Shown: positions 46,870 through 57,651 of the stretch, piece after piece | How the letters are laid out: each line of letters opens with the position of its first letter | How positions within the stretch are numbered: the first letter of the stretch is position 1 | Source: Candidatus Gallionella acididurans | GTDB taxonomy: Bacteria; Pseudomonadota; Gammaproteobacteria; Burkholderiales; Gallionellaceae | NCBI GenBank assembly: GCA_001577345.1 | Contig: LSLI01000001.1 | Coordinates: 6,764-70,763 of the forward strand | Direction: 5' to 3' | DNA: 64,000 nt | The notes under the pieces: model-generated | Told to the model about the DNA's origin: nothing | What the model saw: the letters and a program-made list of their open reading frames with translations, nothing else | The model's database searches: none | Position numbers and translations under genes: made by a program

Positions 46870-49380
46870 ATGAAATCCAAACATGCTGATGACCAACCGA
46901 GTAACGGCGCAGATCGGGAGCTGCGGCAGGCGGAAGATGCACTTTACCGGACACTGTTCGAACATGCTCCGGTAGGAGTACTCGTTGCCGATACGGGAAG
47001 CCGTTATCTCGATGCCAACCCGAGCATCTGCCGGATGCTGGGCTATGCCCGCGACGAGCTGATCGGGATGCATGCCTCGGACATCCTGGTCCGATCCGGG
47101 ACGCAGCACATCATGCCGGCGCTGAACGATACCAAAATCCATTCCGGTTGCAGCCACGAGTGGCAGTTTCGGCGCAAGGACGGTTCGGTGTTCAGCGTCG
47201 AAGTCACCGCGACTACGATGCCCGATGGCAACCTGCTCGCAATGGTTCGCGACATCAGCGCGAGCAAGCCGGCAGACATGGCTGCCGCATGGCTGGCGGC
47301 GATCGTCGAATCTTCCGGCGACGCGATCATCGGCAAGGACCTGAACGGCATCGTCACCAGCTGGAACAGCGGCGCGGAAAAAATCTTCGGCTACAGCGCC
47401 CGCGAGATGGTCGGCACTTCCATCCTGCGGCTGTTCCCTGCCGACCGGCAGCACGAAGAGAAGCATATCCTGGGCAAGATCTGGCGCGGTGAAAAGGTGG
47501 AACACCTGGAAACGCTACGGCTGACCAAGGACAAGCGGCTGGTCGACGTCTTAATCACGACATCGCCGATCCGGGATGCCGCCGGCAATATCATCGGCGC
47601 CTCGAAGATCGCGCGCGACATCACGGCACTGAAAGCCCGCGAGCGGGAAATTGCCCGGATGTCCCGGCTGTATGCCGCGTTGAGCCAGATCAACCAAGCC
47701 ATCGTGTGGACCAAGACACGCGACGAGCTGTTTCAGAATATCTGCCGGGTACTCATCGAGCACGGCGGGTTCCAGATGGCCTGGATCGGCTGGCATGACC
47801 CGGCAACTCAGCTGCTGATGCCCGTCGCCGTGTGTGGTGACGAATCCGGCTATATCCGCAGCATCAGGATTTACACCGATGACAGGCCGGAGGCCCAGGG
47901 TCCGTCGGGCACGGCATTTCGCACTGGCCGCCCCTATATCTGCAACGACATGCTGAATGACCCGGCTACGCTGCCATGGCGGGCCGAGATCGTACGGCGC
48001 AGTTTCCGCGCCTCCGCGGTTTTTCCGGTACGGCAAAATGACCGGGTGTGCGGCACGCTCACTGTTTATGCGGACCAGCAGGATTTTTTTCAGGATGAGG
48101 AGATCGCGTTGCTGGCAGAGGCAGCCGGCGACGTTTCCTTCGCGCTCGACAATCTCGCCCGCGACGAAGAAAGGCGGCAGGCAGAAATGGCTGCGCAAAG
48201 CGAAAGGCAGTTCTCCGACACGATGATCGAAAGCATGCCCGGCATCCTGTATTTCTACAATGAGCAGGGGCAATTTTTGCGCTGGAACAAAAATTTCGAA
48301 ATTGTTTCCGGCTATTCCGGCGCTGAGATCGCGTGCATGCATCCGCTGGATATTTTCTCCGGCGAAGAGAAGCATGCGCTGGAACGGCGGATCGCCGAGG
48401 TTTTCGAGACCGGGGAGTCGTTCATCGAAGCATCGCTGATCGCCAGGGACGGCAAGGCCACGCCGTATTTTTTTACCGGCAGGCGCGTGGTGTTCAATGG
48501 CATGACGTGTCTGGTCGGCATGGGCATCGACATTTCCGAGCGCAAGCAGGCCGAGACCGCGTTGCGCGAGTTGAATGAAACCCTGGAACAGAAAGTGACC
48601 GAGCGCACCGGCGAATTGCAGGCCGCGCTGGTACGCGCCCGGGCGGCCGACGAGATCAAGTCCGCCTTCCTCGCGACGATGTCGCACGAGTTGCGCACGC
48701 CGCTGAACTCGATCATCGGCTTCACCGGCATAATCTTGCAGGGCCTGGCCGGGCCGTTGGGAGCCGAGCAGACCAAACAGCTCGGCATGGTGCAGGGTAG
48801 CGCCCGCCACCTGCTGGATTTGATCAACGATGTACTCGATATTTCGAAAATCGAGGCAGGCCAGCTTGAGGTCCGTGCCGAACCGTTTGACCTGCGCGTG
48901 TCGCTGGAGCGGGTGATCGCATTGGTGCGGCCTATGGCCGAAAAGAAGCATCTTGCGCTGGATGCCGTGATCCACGCCGGGCCATTCAACGTGGTCAGCG
49001 ACCGGCGCAGGGTGGAACAGATACTCCTGAACCTGCTCAACAATGCGATCAAGTTCACCGAGCACGGCGGCGTGACGGTCACGGCCGGGCTGATCGACGG
49101 ATTCCGGGCACAGCCCGACTTGCCGCCACGTCCGGCCGTGCGCTTGCAGGTATCCGATACCGGTATCGGCATCAAACCCGATGAGCTGGCCACGCTGTTC
49201 CAGCCGTTCCGCCAGCTTGATGCCGGCCTCACCCGCCAGCACGAGGGGACCGGACTGGGGCTGGCAATCTGCCGCCGGCTCGCAGTGCTGCTGCAGGGCG
49301 AGATAACGGTGAACAGCATATGGTCGAAAGGCAGCGAGTTCACCCTGACCATTCCTTTGCAGTTACCGTCCAGATCATGA
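46870..49380 (+). CDS. Soluble sensor histidine kinase (PAS-PAS-GAF-PAS-HisKA-HATPase)
   Basis: H-box MSHELRTPLNSIIGF, NLLNNAIKFT, DTGIGI and GTGLGL. No TM segments. Confidence 0.93.
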   Translation: MKSKHADDQPSNGADRELRQAEDALYRTLFEHAPVGVLVADTGSRYLDANPSICRMLGYARDELIGMHASDILVRSGTQHIMPALNDTKIHSGCSHEWQFRRKDGSVFSVEVTATTMPDGNLLAMVRDISASKPADMAAAWLAAIVESSGDAIIGKDLNGIVTSWNSGAEKIFGYSAREMVGTSILRLFPADRQHEEKHILGKIWRGEKVEHLETLRLTKDKRLVDVLITTSPIRDAAGNIIGASKIARDITALKAREREIARMSRLYAALSQINQAIVWTKTRDELFQNICRVLIEHGGFQMAWIGWHDPATQLLMPVAVCGDESGYIRSIRIYTDDRPEAQGPSGTAFRTGRPYICNDMLNDPATLPWRAEIVRRSFRASAVFPVRQNDRVCGTLTVYADQQDFFQDEEIALLAEAAGDVSFALDNLARDEERRQAEMAAQSERQFSDTMIESMPGILYFYNEQGQFLRWNKNFEIVSGYSGAEIACMHPLDIFSGEEKHALERRIAEVFETGESFIEASLIARDGKATPYFFTGRRVVFNGMTCLVGMGIDISERKQAETALRELNETLEQKVTERTGELQAALVRARAADEIKSAFLATMSHELRTPLNSIIGFTGIILQGLAGPLGAEQTKQLGMVQGSARHLLDLINDVLDISKIEAGQLEVRAEPFDLRVSLERVIALVRPMAEKKHLALDAVIHAGPFNVVSDRRRVEQILLNLLNNAIKFTEHGGVTVTAGLIDGFRAQPDLPPRPAVRLQVSDTGIGIKPDELATLFQPFRQLDAGLTRQHEGTGLGLAICRRLAVLLQGEITVNSIWSKGSEFTLTIPLQLPSRS

Positions 49381-49766
49381 GCTGCACGATACTGCTGATC
49401 GAAGACAACGAACAGAACCGCTATCTGGCGACTTTCCTGCTGGAGCAGCGCGGCCACAAGGTGATTCCCGCCCATGATGGCCCAAGCGGCATAGCGCTGG
49501 CAACGTCGCTAGCCCCCGGGCTGATATTGCTCGACATTCAATTGCCCCTGATGGATGGCTATGCCGTTGCTCAGGCGCTGCGCGGTGTCGATGCGCTGCG
49601 CAACACGCCTATTGTCGCGGTGACATCCTTTGCGATGGCCGGCGACCGCGAAAAAAGCCTGGCCGCCGGCTGCGATGGCTATATCGAAAAGCCGATCAAC
49701 CCCGAGACCTTTGTCGATGAGATCGAGCGCTTTTTAACTTCGCCAGCCGGGAGAAAACAGCCATGA
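49377..49766 (+). CDS. Single-domain response regulator (CheY/DivK-like)
   Basis: ILLIEDN, LLDIQLP and YIEKP. ATGA overlaps with both neighbours. Confidence 0.93.
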   Translation: MSCTILLIEDNEQNRYLATFLLEQRGHKVIPAHDGPSGIALATSLAPGLILLDIQLPLMDGYAVAQALRGVDALRNTPIVAVTSFAMAGDREKSLAAGCDGYIEKPINPETFVDEIERFLTSPAGRKQP

Positions 49767-52700
49767 CTCGCGTCCTGATCGTCGAAGACAAGGAAGAGAA
49801 TCTTTATTATCTGCGCGCTTTGCTGGAAGGCAACGGATGGGTAGTCGATTCCGCGTGCCACGGTGCCGAGGCACTGGTCAAGGCGCGGCAATCACCGCCG
49901 GACGTGATCATTTCCGACCTGCTGATGCCGGTGATGGACGGTTACTCGCTGCTGCGCCGCTGGAAGGCCGATGCACGTCTGAAGGATATTCCGTTCATCG
50001 TTTACACCGCAACCTACACCGAAGAGGATGACGAGCGCCTGGCCATGGATCTCGGCGCTGATGCCTTTATCCTCAAGCCTTCGGAGCCGCAGGATTTCAT
50101 CGCCCGGCTGCGCGAGGTTCAGGCCAACGCCGACGCAGCCAAACCGGCACTGCCCCACCAACCCACGGGCGATGAAAACACGCTGCTAAGGTATTACAGC
50201 GAGACGCTGATACACAAACTCGAGGACAAGACGCTGCAGCTGGAGGATGCCAACACTGCACTGCGGCGGGAGCTTGCCGAACGCAGGTCTGTGGAGGAGA
50301 AGCTGGGTTTCATGAACAGGATGCTACAGACCCAGCAGGAGACTTCGCTGGATGCGATTCTGGTAGTCGACGAAAACCAAAAAATACTCTTCCGCACCCA
50401 GAAAGTTATTGATCTATGGGGACTCCCTGCAGAAACATTAATGCCGGGACAGGATACACCCGCATCCATAGTTGCCGACCAGATTGAAGACGGGGATGCA
50501 TTTGTCGCCCAGATAAAATATTTGTACGAACACCGCAACGAGATGAGCATCGATGAATTGCAGTTCAAAGACGGCAGGATCATTGATCGCTATTCCGCGC
50601 CGATTACCGACACGGACGGAAAATATTACGGGCGTGTCTGGTACTATCGAGATGTCACGGAAACCAGGCGGGCGCAGCAGTCATTGCAGGCGAAAGAACA
50701 GGAGCAGCGCCAATTGGTTCAAATGCTTGAAGTCGAGCGATCCCGTCTGGTTGCGGCTCAACGGGTCGCCAAAGTTGGAAGCTGGGAGACCGACCTGGCC
50801 AGCATGGCGGTCATTTGGTCGGACGAGACCTTTCGTATCTTTGAAACCGAGCCGGCCAACTTTCATGGCACATATCAGGATTTCGTCCAGTATGTGCACC
50901 CTGAAGACCGCGCAGCGGTGGATGAGGCATTTGTCCGGTCGATCGAACAGCATACAGATGGCGTGATCGAGCACCGATTACTGCTGCCGAATGGCCGGAT
51001 CAAGTTCGTGGAAGAACGTTGGCAGGTAATGTTTGACGATCAGGAAAAGGCGATCCGAGCAGTCGGCACCTGCCAGGACATTACCGGGCGCAAACAATCT
51101 GAAATTGCGCTCAAGGCAAGCGAATCACGATATCAATTGCTGTTCGAGAACATGCTGGAAGGCTATGCGTACTGCAGGGCGATTTTCGAACAGGATCAAC
51201 TGCTGGACTTTGTCTACATCGAAGTCAACAGCGCGTTTGAAAAACTCACCGGACTTAAGGAGGTGGCTGGGAAAAAAATCAGCGACATCATCCCCGGAGT
51301 TAGGGAAACAAACCGGGAAATTTTCGAGGTTTACGGCCGGGTGGTATTGACCGGCAAGCCGGAAAAATTCGAGACATATGTGGCAGGTTTGGACATCTGG
51401 CTTTCCCTCGCTGTCTATAGCTATGATAAAGAGCATTTTGTGGCTGTCTTCGACAATATCACCCAACGCAAGGATACAGAAGCCAGGATCAGATACCTCA
51501 ACCGCGTTTATGCCGTGTTGAGCGGCATCAATGAGCTGATCGTGCGCGCGAATGACCGCGACCGGCTGTTCAGGGAGGCATGCCGGATTGCTGTCGAGGC
51601 AGGCGGATTCCGTATGGCCATGATATGCATCGTGGATCGCAGCGATATGCAAATAGTCCCTGTCGCCTCGGCGGGCAAGGACGTGGAACTGATGGATGCC
51701 ATCAAGAAAGTATTGTCATCCAGTGAGGGTACGCAGAAAACCATGACCGGGCAGGTAATCAGGGAAAAACAGGTCATCGTGTCCAACGATTCGCAAAGCG
51801 ACCCCAAGGTTGTGTTCCGCAAGGAATACGCCGAGTCAGGAGTGCGTTCGATGGCAATTTTTCCGCTGATCGTCTCGGATGAGGCGGTGGGTACGCTCGC
51901 GCTGTATGCCAGCGAGGTTGAATTTTTTCATGAGGATGAGGTACAGCTATTGACCGAACTGGCCATGGACGTCGCTTTCGCTATAGATCACATCGGCAAG
52001 CAGGAGCGGCTCAATTATCTCGCTTACTTCGATGCGCTCACCGGGCTGGCCAACCGCAGCCTGTTTTTCGAACGCGTCGGGCAATTCATCCGCAGTGCGG
52101 AGAGCAGCGGCCACCAGCTCGCCTTGTTGCTTATCGACTTGGAGCGATTTAAGAACATCAACGACAGCCTGGGCAGGGCCGCCGGTGACGCACTGCTTAA
52201 GCAGGTGGCCGAGTGGTTGAAGCAAAACATGGGAGGGGAAGGTCTGCTGGCACGGCTGGATGCGGACCATTTTGCCGTGGTAATGCCAAAAGTGAAGCCG
52301 GAGGGCAACCTGACCAAGTTGTTCGACAAGAAGTCTAGAGCTCTTCTGGAGCACCCGTTCCACCTGAGCGACGCCGTGTTTCGCATCTCAGCCAAGGCCG
52401 GTATCGCGCTGTGTCCCGATGACGGTAGCGATGTCGATACCCTGTTCAATAATGCCGAGGCCGCACTCAAGGTGGCCAAGCGGAGCGGCGACCGCTACCT
52501 GTTCCACACCAGGAAGATGACCGAGGCGGTGGCCGGCAAGCTCACGCTGGAAAACCAGCTGCGCCGTGCGATCGATAACGAGGAATTCGTGCTCCATTAC
52601 CAGCCCAAGGTGAATCTGGTCAGCGGCAAGGTTACGAGTGCCGAAGCGTTGATCCGCTGGAACGATCCGCGCACCGGCCTGGTGCCGCCGGGTCGTTTCA

Positions 52701-53305
52701 TCCCCATCCTGGAAGAGACAGGCCTGATCTACGATGTCGGGCGCTGGGCGCTGCGCCAGGCCATCGCGGATTACCTGCGCTGGCGTGCTGCCGGCTTGGC
52801 TGCAGTGCGTATCGCGGTGAACGTGTCGCCGCTGCAGCTGCGCAATCCCGGTTTTGCCGCCGAGATCGAGCGGAAGATCGGCATCAATGCGCATGCGGCC
52901 GAGGGGCTGGAGCTGGAGATCACCGAAAGCATGATCATGGAAGACCTGAAGCATAATGTCGCGAGCCTGCAGGCGATCCGCGCGATGGGAGTGACCGTGG
53001 CGATAGACGACTTCGGCACCGGTTTCTCTTCGCTGGGCTACCTCGCCAAGCTGCCGGCCGACACGCTGAAGATCGATCGCTCGTTCGTGGTCGGGATGAC
53101 CGCAGGGCCGGAAGGGCTGGCACTGGTGTCCACGATCATCGATCTGGCGCATGCGCTGAAGTTCAAGGTGGTTGCGGAAGGTGTCGAAACCGGGGAACAG
53201 TCAAACCTGTTGCGACTATTGAGCTGTGACGAGATGCAGGGTTATCTGTTCAGCAAACCGGTGCCGGTCGATGACTTCGAAAAGAGATTCCTCGGCCGGA
53301 CGTGA
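49763..53305 (+). CDS. REC-PAS-PAS-PAS-GAF-GGDEF(degenerate)-EAL protein, probable c-di-GMP phosphodiesterase
   Basis: Intact receiver (ISDLLMP, LKP). GGDEF is replaced by DADHF. AEAL and DDFGTGFSS are intact. Confidence 0.9.
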   Translation: MTRVLIVEDKEENLYYLRALLEGNGWVVDSACHGAEALVKARQSPPDVIISDLLMPVMDGYSLLRRWKADARLKDIPFIVYTATYTEEDDERLAMDLGADAFILKPSEPQDFIARLREVQANADAAKPALPHQPTGDENTLLRYYSETLIHKLEDKTLQLEDANTALRRELAERRSVEEKLGFMNRMLQTQQETSLDAILVVDENQKILFRTQKVIDLWGLPAETLMPGQDTPASIVADQIEDGDAFVAQIKYLYEHRNEMSIDELQFKDGRIIDRYSAPITDTDGKYYGRVWYYRDVTETRRAQQSLQAKEQEQRQLVQMLEVERSRLVAAQRVAKVGSWETDLASMAVIWSDETFRIFETEPANFHGTYQDFVQYVHPEDRAAVDEAFVRSIEQHTDGVIEHRLLLPNGRIKFVEERWQVMFDDQEKAIRAVGTCQDITGRKQSEIALKASESRYQLLFENMLEGYAYCRAIFEQDQLLDFVYIEVNSAFEKLTGLKEVAGKKISDIIPGVRETNREIFEVYGRVVLTGKPEKFETYVAGLDIWLSLAVYSYDKEHFVAVFDNITQRKDTEARIRYLNRVYAVLSGINELIVRANDRDRLFREACRIAVEAGGFRMAMICIVDRSDMQIVPVASAGKDVELMDAIKKVLSSSEGTQKTMTGQVIREKQVIVSNDSQSDPKVVFRKEYAESGVRSMAIFPLIVSDEAVGTLALYASEVEFFHEDEVQLLTELAMDVAFAIDHIGKQERLNYLAYFDALTGLANRSLFFERVGQFIRSAESSGHQLALLLIDLERFKNINDSLGRAAGDALLKQVAEWLKQNMGGEGLLARLDADHFAVVMPKVKPEGNLTKLFDKKSRALLEHPFHLSDAVFRISAKAGIALCPDDGSDVDTLFNNAEAALKVAKRSGDRYLFHTRKMTEAVAGKLTLENQLRRAIDNEEFVLHYQPKVNLVSGKVTSAEALIRWNDPRTGLVPPGRFIPILEETGLIYDVGRWALRQAIADYLRWRAAGLAAVRIAVNVSPLQLRNPGFAAEIERKIGINAHAAEGLELEITESMIMEDLKHNVASLQAIRAMGVTVAIDDFGTGFSSLGYLAKLPADTLKIDRSFVVGMTAGPEGLALVSTIIDLAHALKFKVVAEGVETGEQSNLLRLLSCDEMQGYLFSKPVPVDDFEKRFLGRT

Positions 53306-53316
53306 AATATCCGCAT

Positions 53317-53347
53317 AAGTCCCGCTCATCGCGGGCGGGACTTTTTG
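53317..53347. terminator. Intrinsic terminator between convergent operons
   Basis: AAGTCCCGCTC-ATCGC-GGGCGGGACTT-TTTT. Confidence 0.75.
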
Positions 53348-53401
53348 TTGGTGTGCATCTGCCACGGGTTCCCGTTCAGCCCTGGTGCAGAGAATGGGGG
53401 C

Positions 53402-55075
53402 TCAAAACAAACCGACAATCACCCCGTCTTCATTGACGTCGATTGAATGCGCAGACGGAGTTTTGGGCAGGCCCGGCATCGTCATGATCTCGGCACATAC
53501 CACCACGATGAACTCCGCGCCGGCCGCCAGTCGGACCTCGCTGATGTCCAGGATGTGATTGTCCGGGGCACCTCGCAAGGTGGGGTCGGTGGAAAAGGAA
53601 TATTGGGTCTTCGCGATGCAGACCGGAAAATGTCCGTAACCGGTTTTTTGCAGGGATTCCAGGCGCGCGATGATTTTCTTGTCGGCGGAGATATCGGACG
53701 CACCGTATATTTTCGTTGCGATGGCCTTGATCTTGTTCCAGAGAGTCTCGCTGTCTTCATAGACAAATTTGAAATCGTTGGGCTGTTCGCACATCTTGAC
53801 GACCGCATGCGCCAGATCGACTGCGCCTTTGCCGCCTTCGGCCCAATGCCGCGCCACAATTACTTCTGCCCCGTGTGTAGCCGCGCTGGACTTCAGCAGG
53901 TCGACTTCTGCGGGTGTGTCCTCGGTGCGGTGATTGATCGCGACGACACAAGGCAGACCGAAATGGTTGCGTATGTTGTCGATGTGGCGCTCGAGATTGA
54001 CCAGGCCTTTTTTGAGCGCCGCCAGGTCTTCCTTGCCGGTATCCTTGACCTCGACCCCGCCGTGGTATTTCAGCGCGCGCACGGTTGCCACCAGCACGAC
54101 CGCCGAGGGTTGCAGGCCGGACTTGCGGCACTTGATGTCGATGAATTTCTCCGCGCCCAGGTCGGCACCGAAACCGGCTTCGGTCACGACGTAATCCGCC
54201 AGCTTCAGGGCAGTGGACGTGGCAATGACCGAGTTGCAACCATGGGCGATATTTGCGAACGGGCCGCCGTGTATGATCGCCAGGTTGTTCTCCATCGTTT
54301 GCACCACATTGGGGGAAAAGGCATCCCTCAGCATGGCCGTCATCGCACCGTGCGCATTCAGGTCTCTCGCCAGCACCGGCTTCTGGCCGGTGGTATAGCC
54401 GATCACAATATTCCCCAGCCTTTCTTTCAGGTCTTCCAGGCTCTTCGCGAGACAAAATATCGCCATGACTTCCGAAGCGACCACGATATCGAATCCGTCC
54501 TCCCTTACATAACCGTTGCCTGGGCCTCCCAGACCGATCGTGATCTTGCGCAGCGCGCGGTCATTCATGTCTATGACGCGCTTCCACGTGATTCGCCGGG
54601 TATCGATATCGAGTTCGTTGCCGTGGTGTATGTGGTTGTCGATCAGCGCGGCGAGCAGGTTGTTGGCCAGCGAGATGGCATTGAAATCGCCGGTGAAGTG
54701 CAGGTTGATATCTTCCATCGGCACGACTTGTGCAAATCCGCCGCCGGCAGCGCCGCCCTTCATGCCGAATACCGGGCCGAGCGAGGGCTCGCGCAGGCAG
54801 ATTATCGCGTTCTTGCCGATCTGGTTCAGCGCGTCGCCCAGGCCCACCGTCGTCGTCGTCTTGCCCTCACCGGCGGGGGTGGGCGAAATGGCTGTAACCA
54901 GGATCAGTTTCCCGTTGGGTTCTTCCGCAATCCGGGCCGCATATTCAAGGGAAAGCTTGGCCTTGTAATGGCCGTATGGTTCAAGGGCTTCGGGCGGGAT
55001 ATTGGCCCGCTCTTCGGCCAGTCCGATGATGGTCCGTTTCGAGGCGGATTGCGCGATTTCAATATTGCTTTTCAC
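53402..55075 (-). CDS. fhs: Formate--tetrahydrofolate ligase
   Basis: [54 protein letters not shown] and MTMPGL. GTG start after AGGAG. Confidence 0.96.
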   Translation of the reverse strand: MKSNIEIAQSASKRTIIGLAEERANIPPEALEPYGHYKAKLSLEYAARIAEEPNGKLILVTAISPTPAGEGKTTTTVGLGDALNQIGKNAIICLREPSLGPVFGMKGGAAGGGFAQVVPMEDINLHFTGDFNAISLANNLLAALIDNHIHHGNELDIDTRRITWKRVIDMNDRALRKITIGLGGPGNGYVREDGFDIVVASEVMAIFCLAKSLEDLKERLGNIVIGYTTGQKPVLARDLNAHGAMTAMLRDAFSPNVVQTMENNLAIIHGGPFANIAHGCNSVIATSTALKLADYVVTEAGFGADLGAEKFIDIKCRKSGLQPSAVVLVATVRALKYHGGVEVKDTGKEDLAALKKGLVNLERHIDNIRNHFGLPCVVAINHRTEDTPAEVDLLKSSAATHGAEVIVARHWAEGGKGAVDLAHAVVKMCEQPNDFKFVYEDSETLWNKIKAIATKIYGASDISADKKIIARLESLQKTGYGHFPVCIAKTQYSFSTDPTLRGAPDNHILDISEVRLAAGAEFIVVVCAEIMTMPGLPKTPSAHSIDVNEDGVIVGLF

Positions 55076-55150
55076 GATTGGATACTCCTGACGCCTGTTC
55101 CGGCATTGCAATAAATTCTGGTTCCGACTTTAAGTAAGACATAATTTTTT

Positions 55151-55173
55151 CTGGCCTGGCCTGGCCTGGCCTG
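55151..55173. repeat. Pentanucleotide simple repeat (CTGGC)4
   Basis: CTGGC x4 plus CTG in the agt-fhs intergenic region. Confidence 0.7.
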
Positions 55174-55217
55174 CTGCGTAAGTCCGGCGCAACCCAGCCC
55201 ATCACAGCGGCAAGCGG

Positions 55218-56399
55218 TCAACTTGCCAGCAGCCGGTTGGCTGCCTCCACGCCGACGCCATGCCTGATCGGCGCTTTCAGGCGCACCAGCACATCGTCCA
55301 GTGCGTTCAGGCACAGCCGCACGTTGCTCGGGCTGCTGGAGTGTCCCATCAGGCCGATGCGCCATACTTTTCCGGCCATCGCACCCAGGCCTGCGCCGAT
55401 TTCCAGCTTGTGTTCGGAGAGCAGGAGCGAACGTACCGCAGCTTCATCCACGCCATCCGGCACAATGATCGCATTCAGTTGCGGCAGGCACTCCGCTTCG
55501 GGCACCATGAAGTTGAGCCCCATTGCTTCCAGCCCGGCACGCAGCGCGAGATGATTTTTATGGTGACGCGCCCAGGCATTTTGCAGGCCCTCTTCCTGCA
55601 GTATCACCAGTGCCTCGTGCAAGCCATACAGCGCGTTGATCGGCGCGGTGTGGTGGTAGGCGCGCTTGGTCGCGCCTCCCCAGTAACCCATCACCAGATT
55701 CAGGTCCATGAACCAGCTCTGTACTTTGGTCTTGCGATTCCTGATCTTTTCCTGCGCCCGGGGATTGAAGCTGACCGGGGAGAGGCCAGGCGTGCACGAC
55801 AGGCATTTCTGCGTGCCCGAGTACACCGCATCGATGTTCCATTGGTCAACATTGAGCGGGGTACCGCCCAGTGAAGTGATCGCGTCGACAATGGTCAGGC
55901 AATCATATTTGTGCGCGATCTCGACCAGTGCTTTCGCGTCGGATTGTGCGCCGGTGGAGGTTTCCGCGTGCACGAAAGCGACGATGCGGGCATCGGGATT
56001 GGCTTTGAGCGCGTCCTCCAGTTTTTGCGGATCGATCGCGCGCCCCCATTCATCCTGTACCATCACCGCGATGCCGCCGCAACGTTCGACATTCTCTTTC
56101 ATGCGCCCGCCGAACACGCCGTTCTGGCACACGATGACCTTGTCTCCCGGCTCGACCAGATTGACGAAGCAGGTTTCCATGCCGGCAGAGCCCGGTGCCG
56201 AGACCGGCATGGTCAATTCATTTTCGGTCTGGAATGCGAATTTCAGCAGCGTTTTCATCTCGTCCATCATGGTTATGAAAACCGGATCAAGGTGGCCTAT
56301 GGTCGGACGCGACAGGGCTTCCAGAACACGCGGGCTGACATCGGAGGGACCTGGCCCCATCAAAACGCGTTGCGGCGGGTGGAACGATTTGATTGCCAT
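55218..56399 (-). CDS. Alanine/serine--glyoxylate aminotransferase (PLP class V)
   Basis: LMGPGPS, GHLDP, VHAETSTG, DAITSLGG, SGTQKCLS and YHHT. Confidence 0.9.
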   Translation of the reverse strand: MAIKSFHPPQRVLMGPGPSDVSPRVLEALSRPTIGHLDPVFITMMDEMKTLLKFAFQTENELTMPVSAPGSAGMETCFVNLVEPGDKVIVCQNGVFGGRMKENVERCGGIAVMVQDEWGRAIDPQKLEDALKANPDARIVAFVHAETSTGAQSDAKALVEIAHKYDCLTIVDAITSLGGTPLNVDQWNIDAVYSGTQKCLSCTPGLSPVSFNPRAQEKIRNRKTKVQSWFMDLNLVMGYWGGATKRAYHHTAPINALYGLHEALVILQEEGLQNAWARHHKNHLALRAGLEAMGLNFMVPEAECLPQLNAIIVPDGVDEAAVRSLLLSEHKLEIGAGLGAMAGKVWRIGLMGHSSSPSNVRLCLNALDDVLVRLKAPIRHGVGVEAANRLLAS

Positions 56400-56432
56400 G
56401 CTGTGGTCTCTCCTTGTTTGAATAAGTATTAT

Positions 56433-57650
56433 TTAATTCCGGCCCTGTTCCAGCAACTCTATCCAGTGCTTGACCGGCACATCGCTCGCGCCGGCCAGGT
56501 GCATCTGGCAACCGACATTGGCGGAGGCGATCACTTCCGGCTTGCCTGCACCCAGCGCGGCCAGTTTGTTGTCCAGCAGTTGCCGGGACAGTTTGGCTTG
56601 CAGCAGGGTGTATGTCCCGGCTGCGCCGCAGCACAGATGGCTGTCCGCGACAGGCGTGAGTTCGTAACCGCAACGCCTGAGGATCGCTTCCACTGTCCCG
56701 CCGAGCTTCTGTCCGTGCTGCAGGGTGCAGGACGAGTGGTAGGCCACGCGCGTGCCCCTGCCGATGTGCGCCCAGGCATCCAGATTCTCGCGGCCCAGAA
56801 TTTCGGCCAGGTCGAGCGTGATCGAGCTGATGCGCGCGGCCTTGTCTGCATACCCGGCATCGTCTTTCAATGCATGGCCGTAGTCCTTCACCATCAGTCC
56901 GCAGCCGCTGGCGGTCATCACGATCGCCTCGACGCCGCTCTCGAGGTATGGCCACCATGCATCGATGTTGCGGCGCATCATCGCGCGCGCGCCCTCGCTG
57001 TCGGACAGGTGCTGGTTGAGTGCGCCGCAGCAACCCGCACCCGGTGCGCTGACCAGCGAGATGCCGAGCCGGTCGAGCACGCGTGCCGCGGCCGCATTGG
57101 TGTTCGGCGTACCCAGCGGCTGGACGCAGCCCTGCAGAACCAGCATGCGCCGTGCGTGGGATGTCACCGGTGTCACGGTGGCGGCCTGTTTGGCCGGTAT
57201 TTTTTTTCCGAGTTCTGCCGGCAGCAGCGGGCGGACCAGGCGCGCCAGCGCCAGCACGACCGACATCCGGCCGGTATGGGGGATGACCGCGAGCATGGCC
57301 TTGCGCAACAGCCGTTCGGCAAGGGAGCGCGGCGCCAGCTGTTCGACCATCTCGCGGCCGATGTCGACCAGGCGGCCATAACGCACCCCGGACGGGCAGG
57401 TGGTCTCGCAGGAGCGGCAGGTCAGGCAGCGATCCAGATGCAATCGGGTCTTGGCGCTGGCCTGCTGCGTCTCGAGCATTTCCTTGATCAGGTAAATGCG
57501 GCCGCGCGGGCCATCCAGCTCCGATCCCAGCAACTGGTAGGTCGGGCAGGTCGCGGTGCAGAATCCGCAGTGCACGCAGCTGCGCAGGATGTCATCTGCT
57601 TCTGCGATATCGGGATTTCTCAGCAGTTCGGCGGAAATGGAGGTTTGCAT
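56433..57650 (-). CDS. glcF: Glycolate dehydrogenase Fe-S subunit
   Basis: CVHCGFCTATCPTY, DGPRGRI, CLTCRSCETTCP and two CCG domains. Confidence 0.95.
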   Translation of the reverse strand: MQTSISAELLRNPDIAEADDILRSCVHCGFCTATCPTYQLLGSELDGPRGRIYLIKEMLETQQASAKTRLHLDRCLTCRSCETTCPSGVRYGRLVDIGREMVEQLAPRSLAERLLRKAMLAVIPHTGRMSVVLALARLVRPLLPAELGKKIPAKQAATVTPVTSHARRMLVLQGCVQPLGTPNTNAAAARVLDRLGISLVSAPGAGCCGALNQHLSDSEGARAMMRRNIDAWWPYLESGVEAIVMTASGCGLMVKDYGHALKDDAGYADKAARISSITLDLAEILGRENLDAWAHIGRGTRVAYHSSCTLQHGQKLGGTVEAILRRCGYELTPVADSHLCCGAAGTYTLLQAKLSRQLLDNKLAALGAGKPEVIASANVGCQMHLAGASDVPVKHWIELLEQGRN

Positions 57651-57651
57651 G

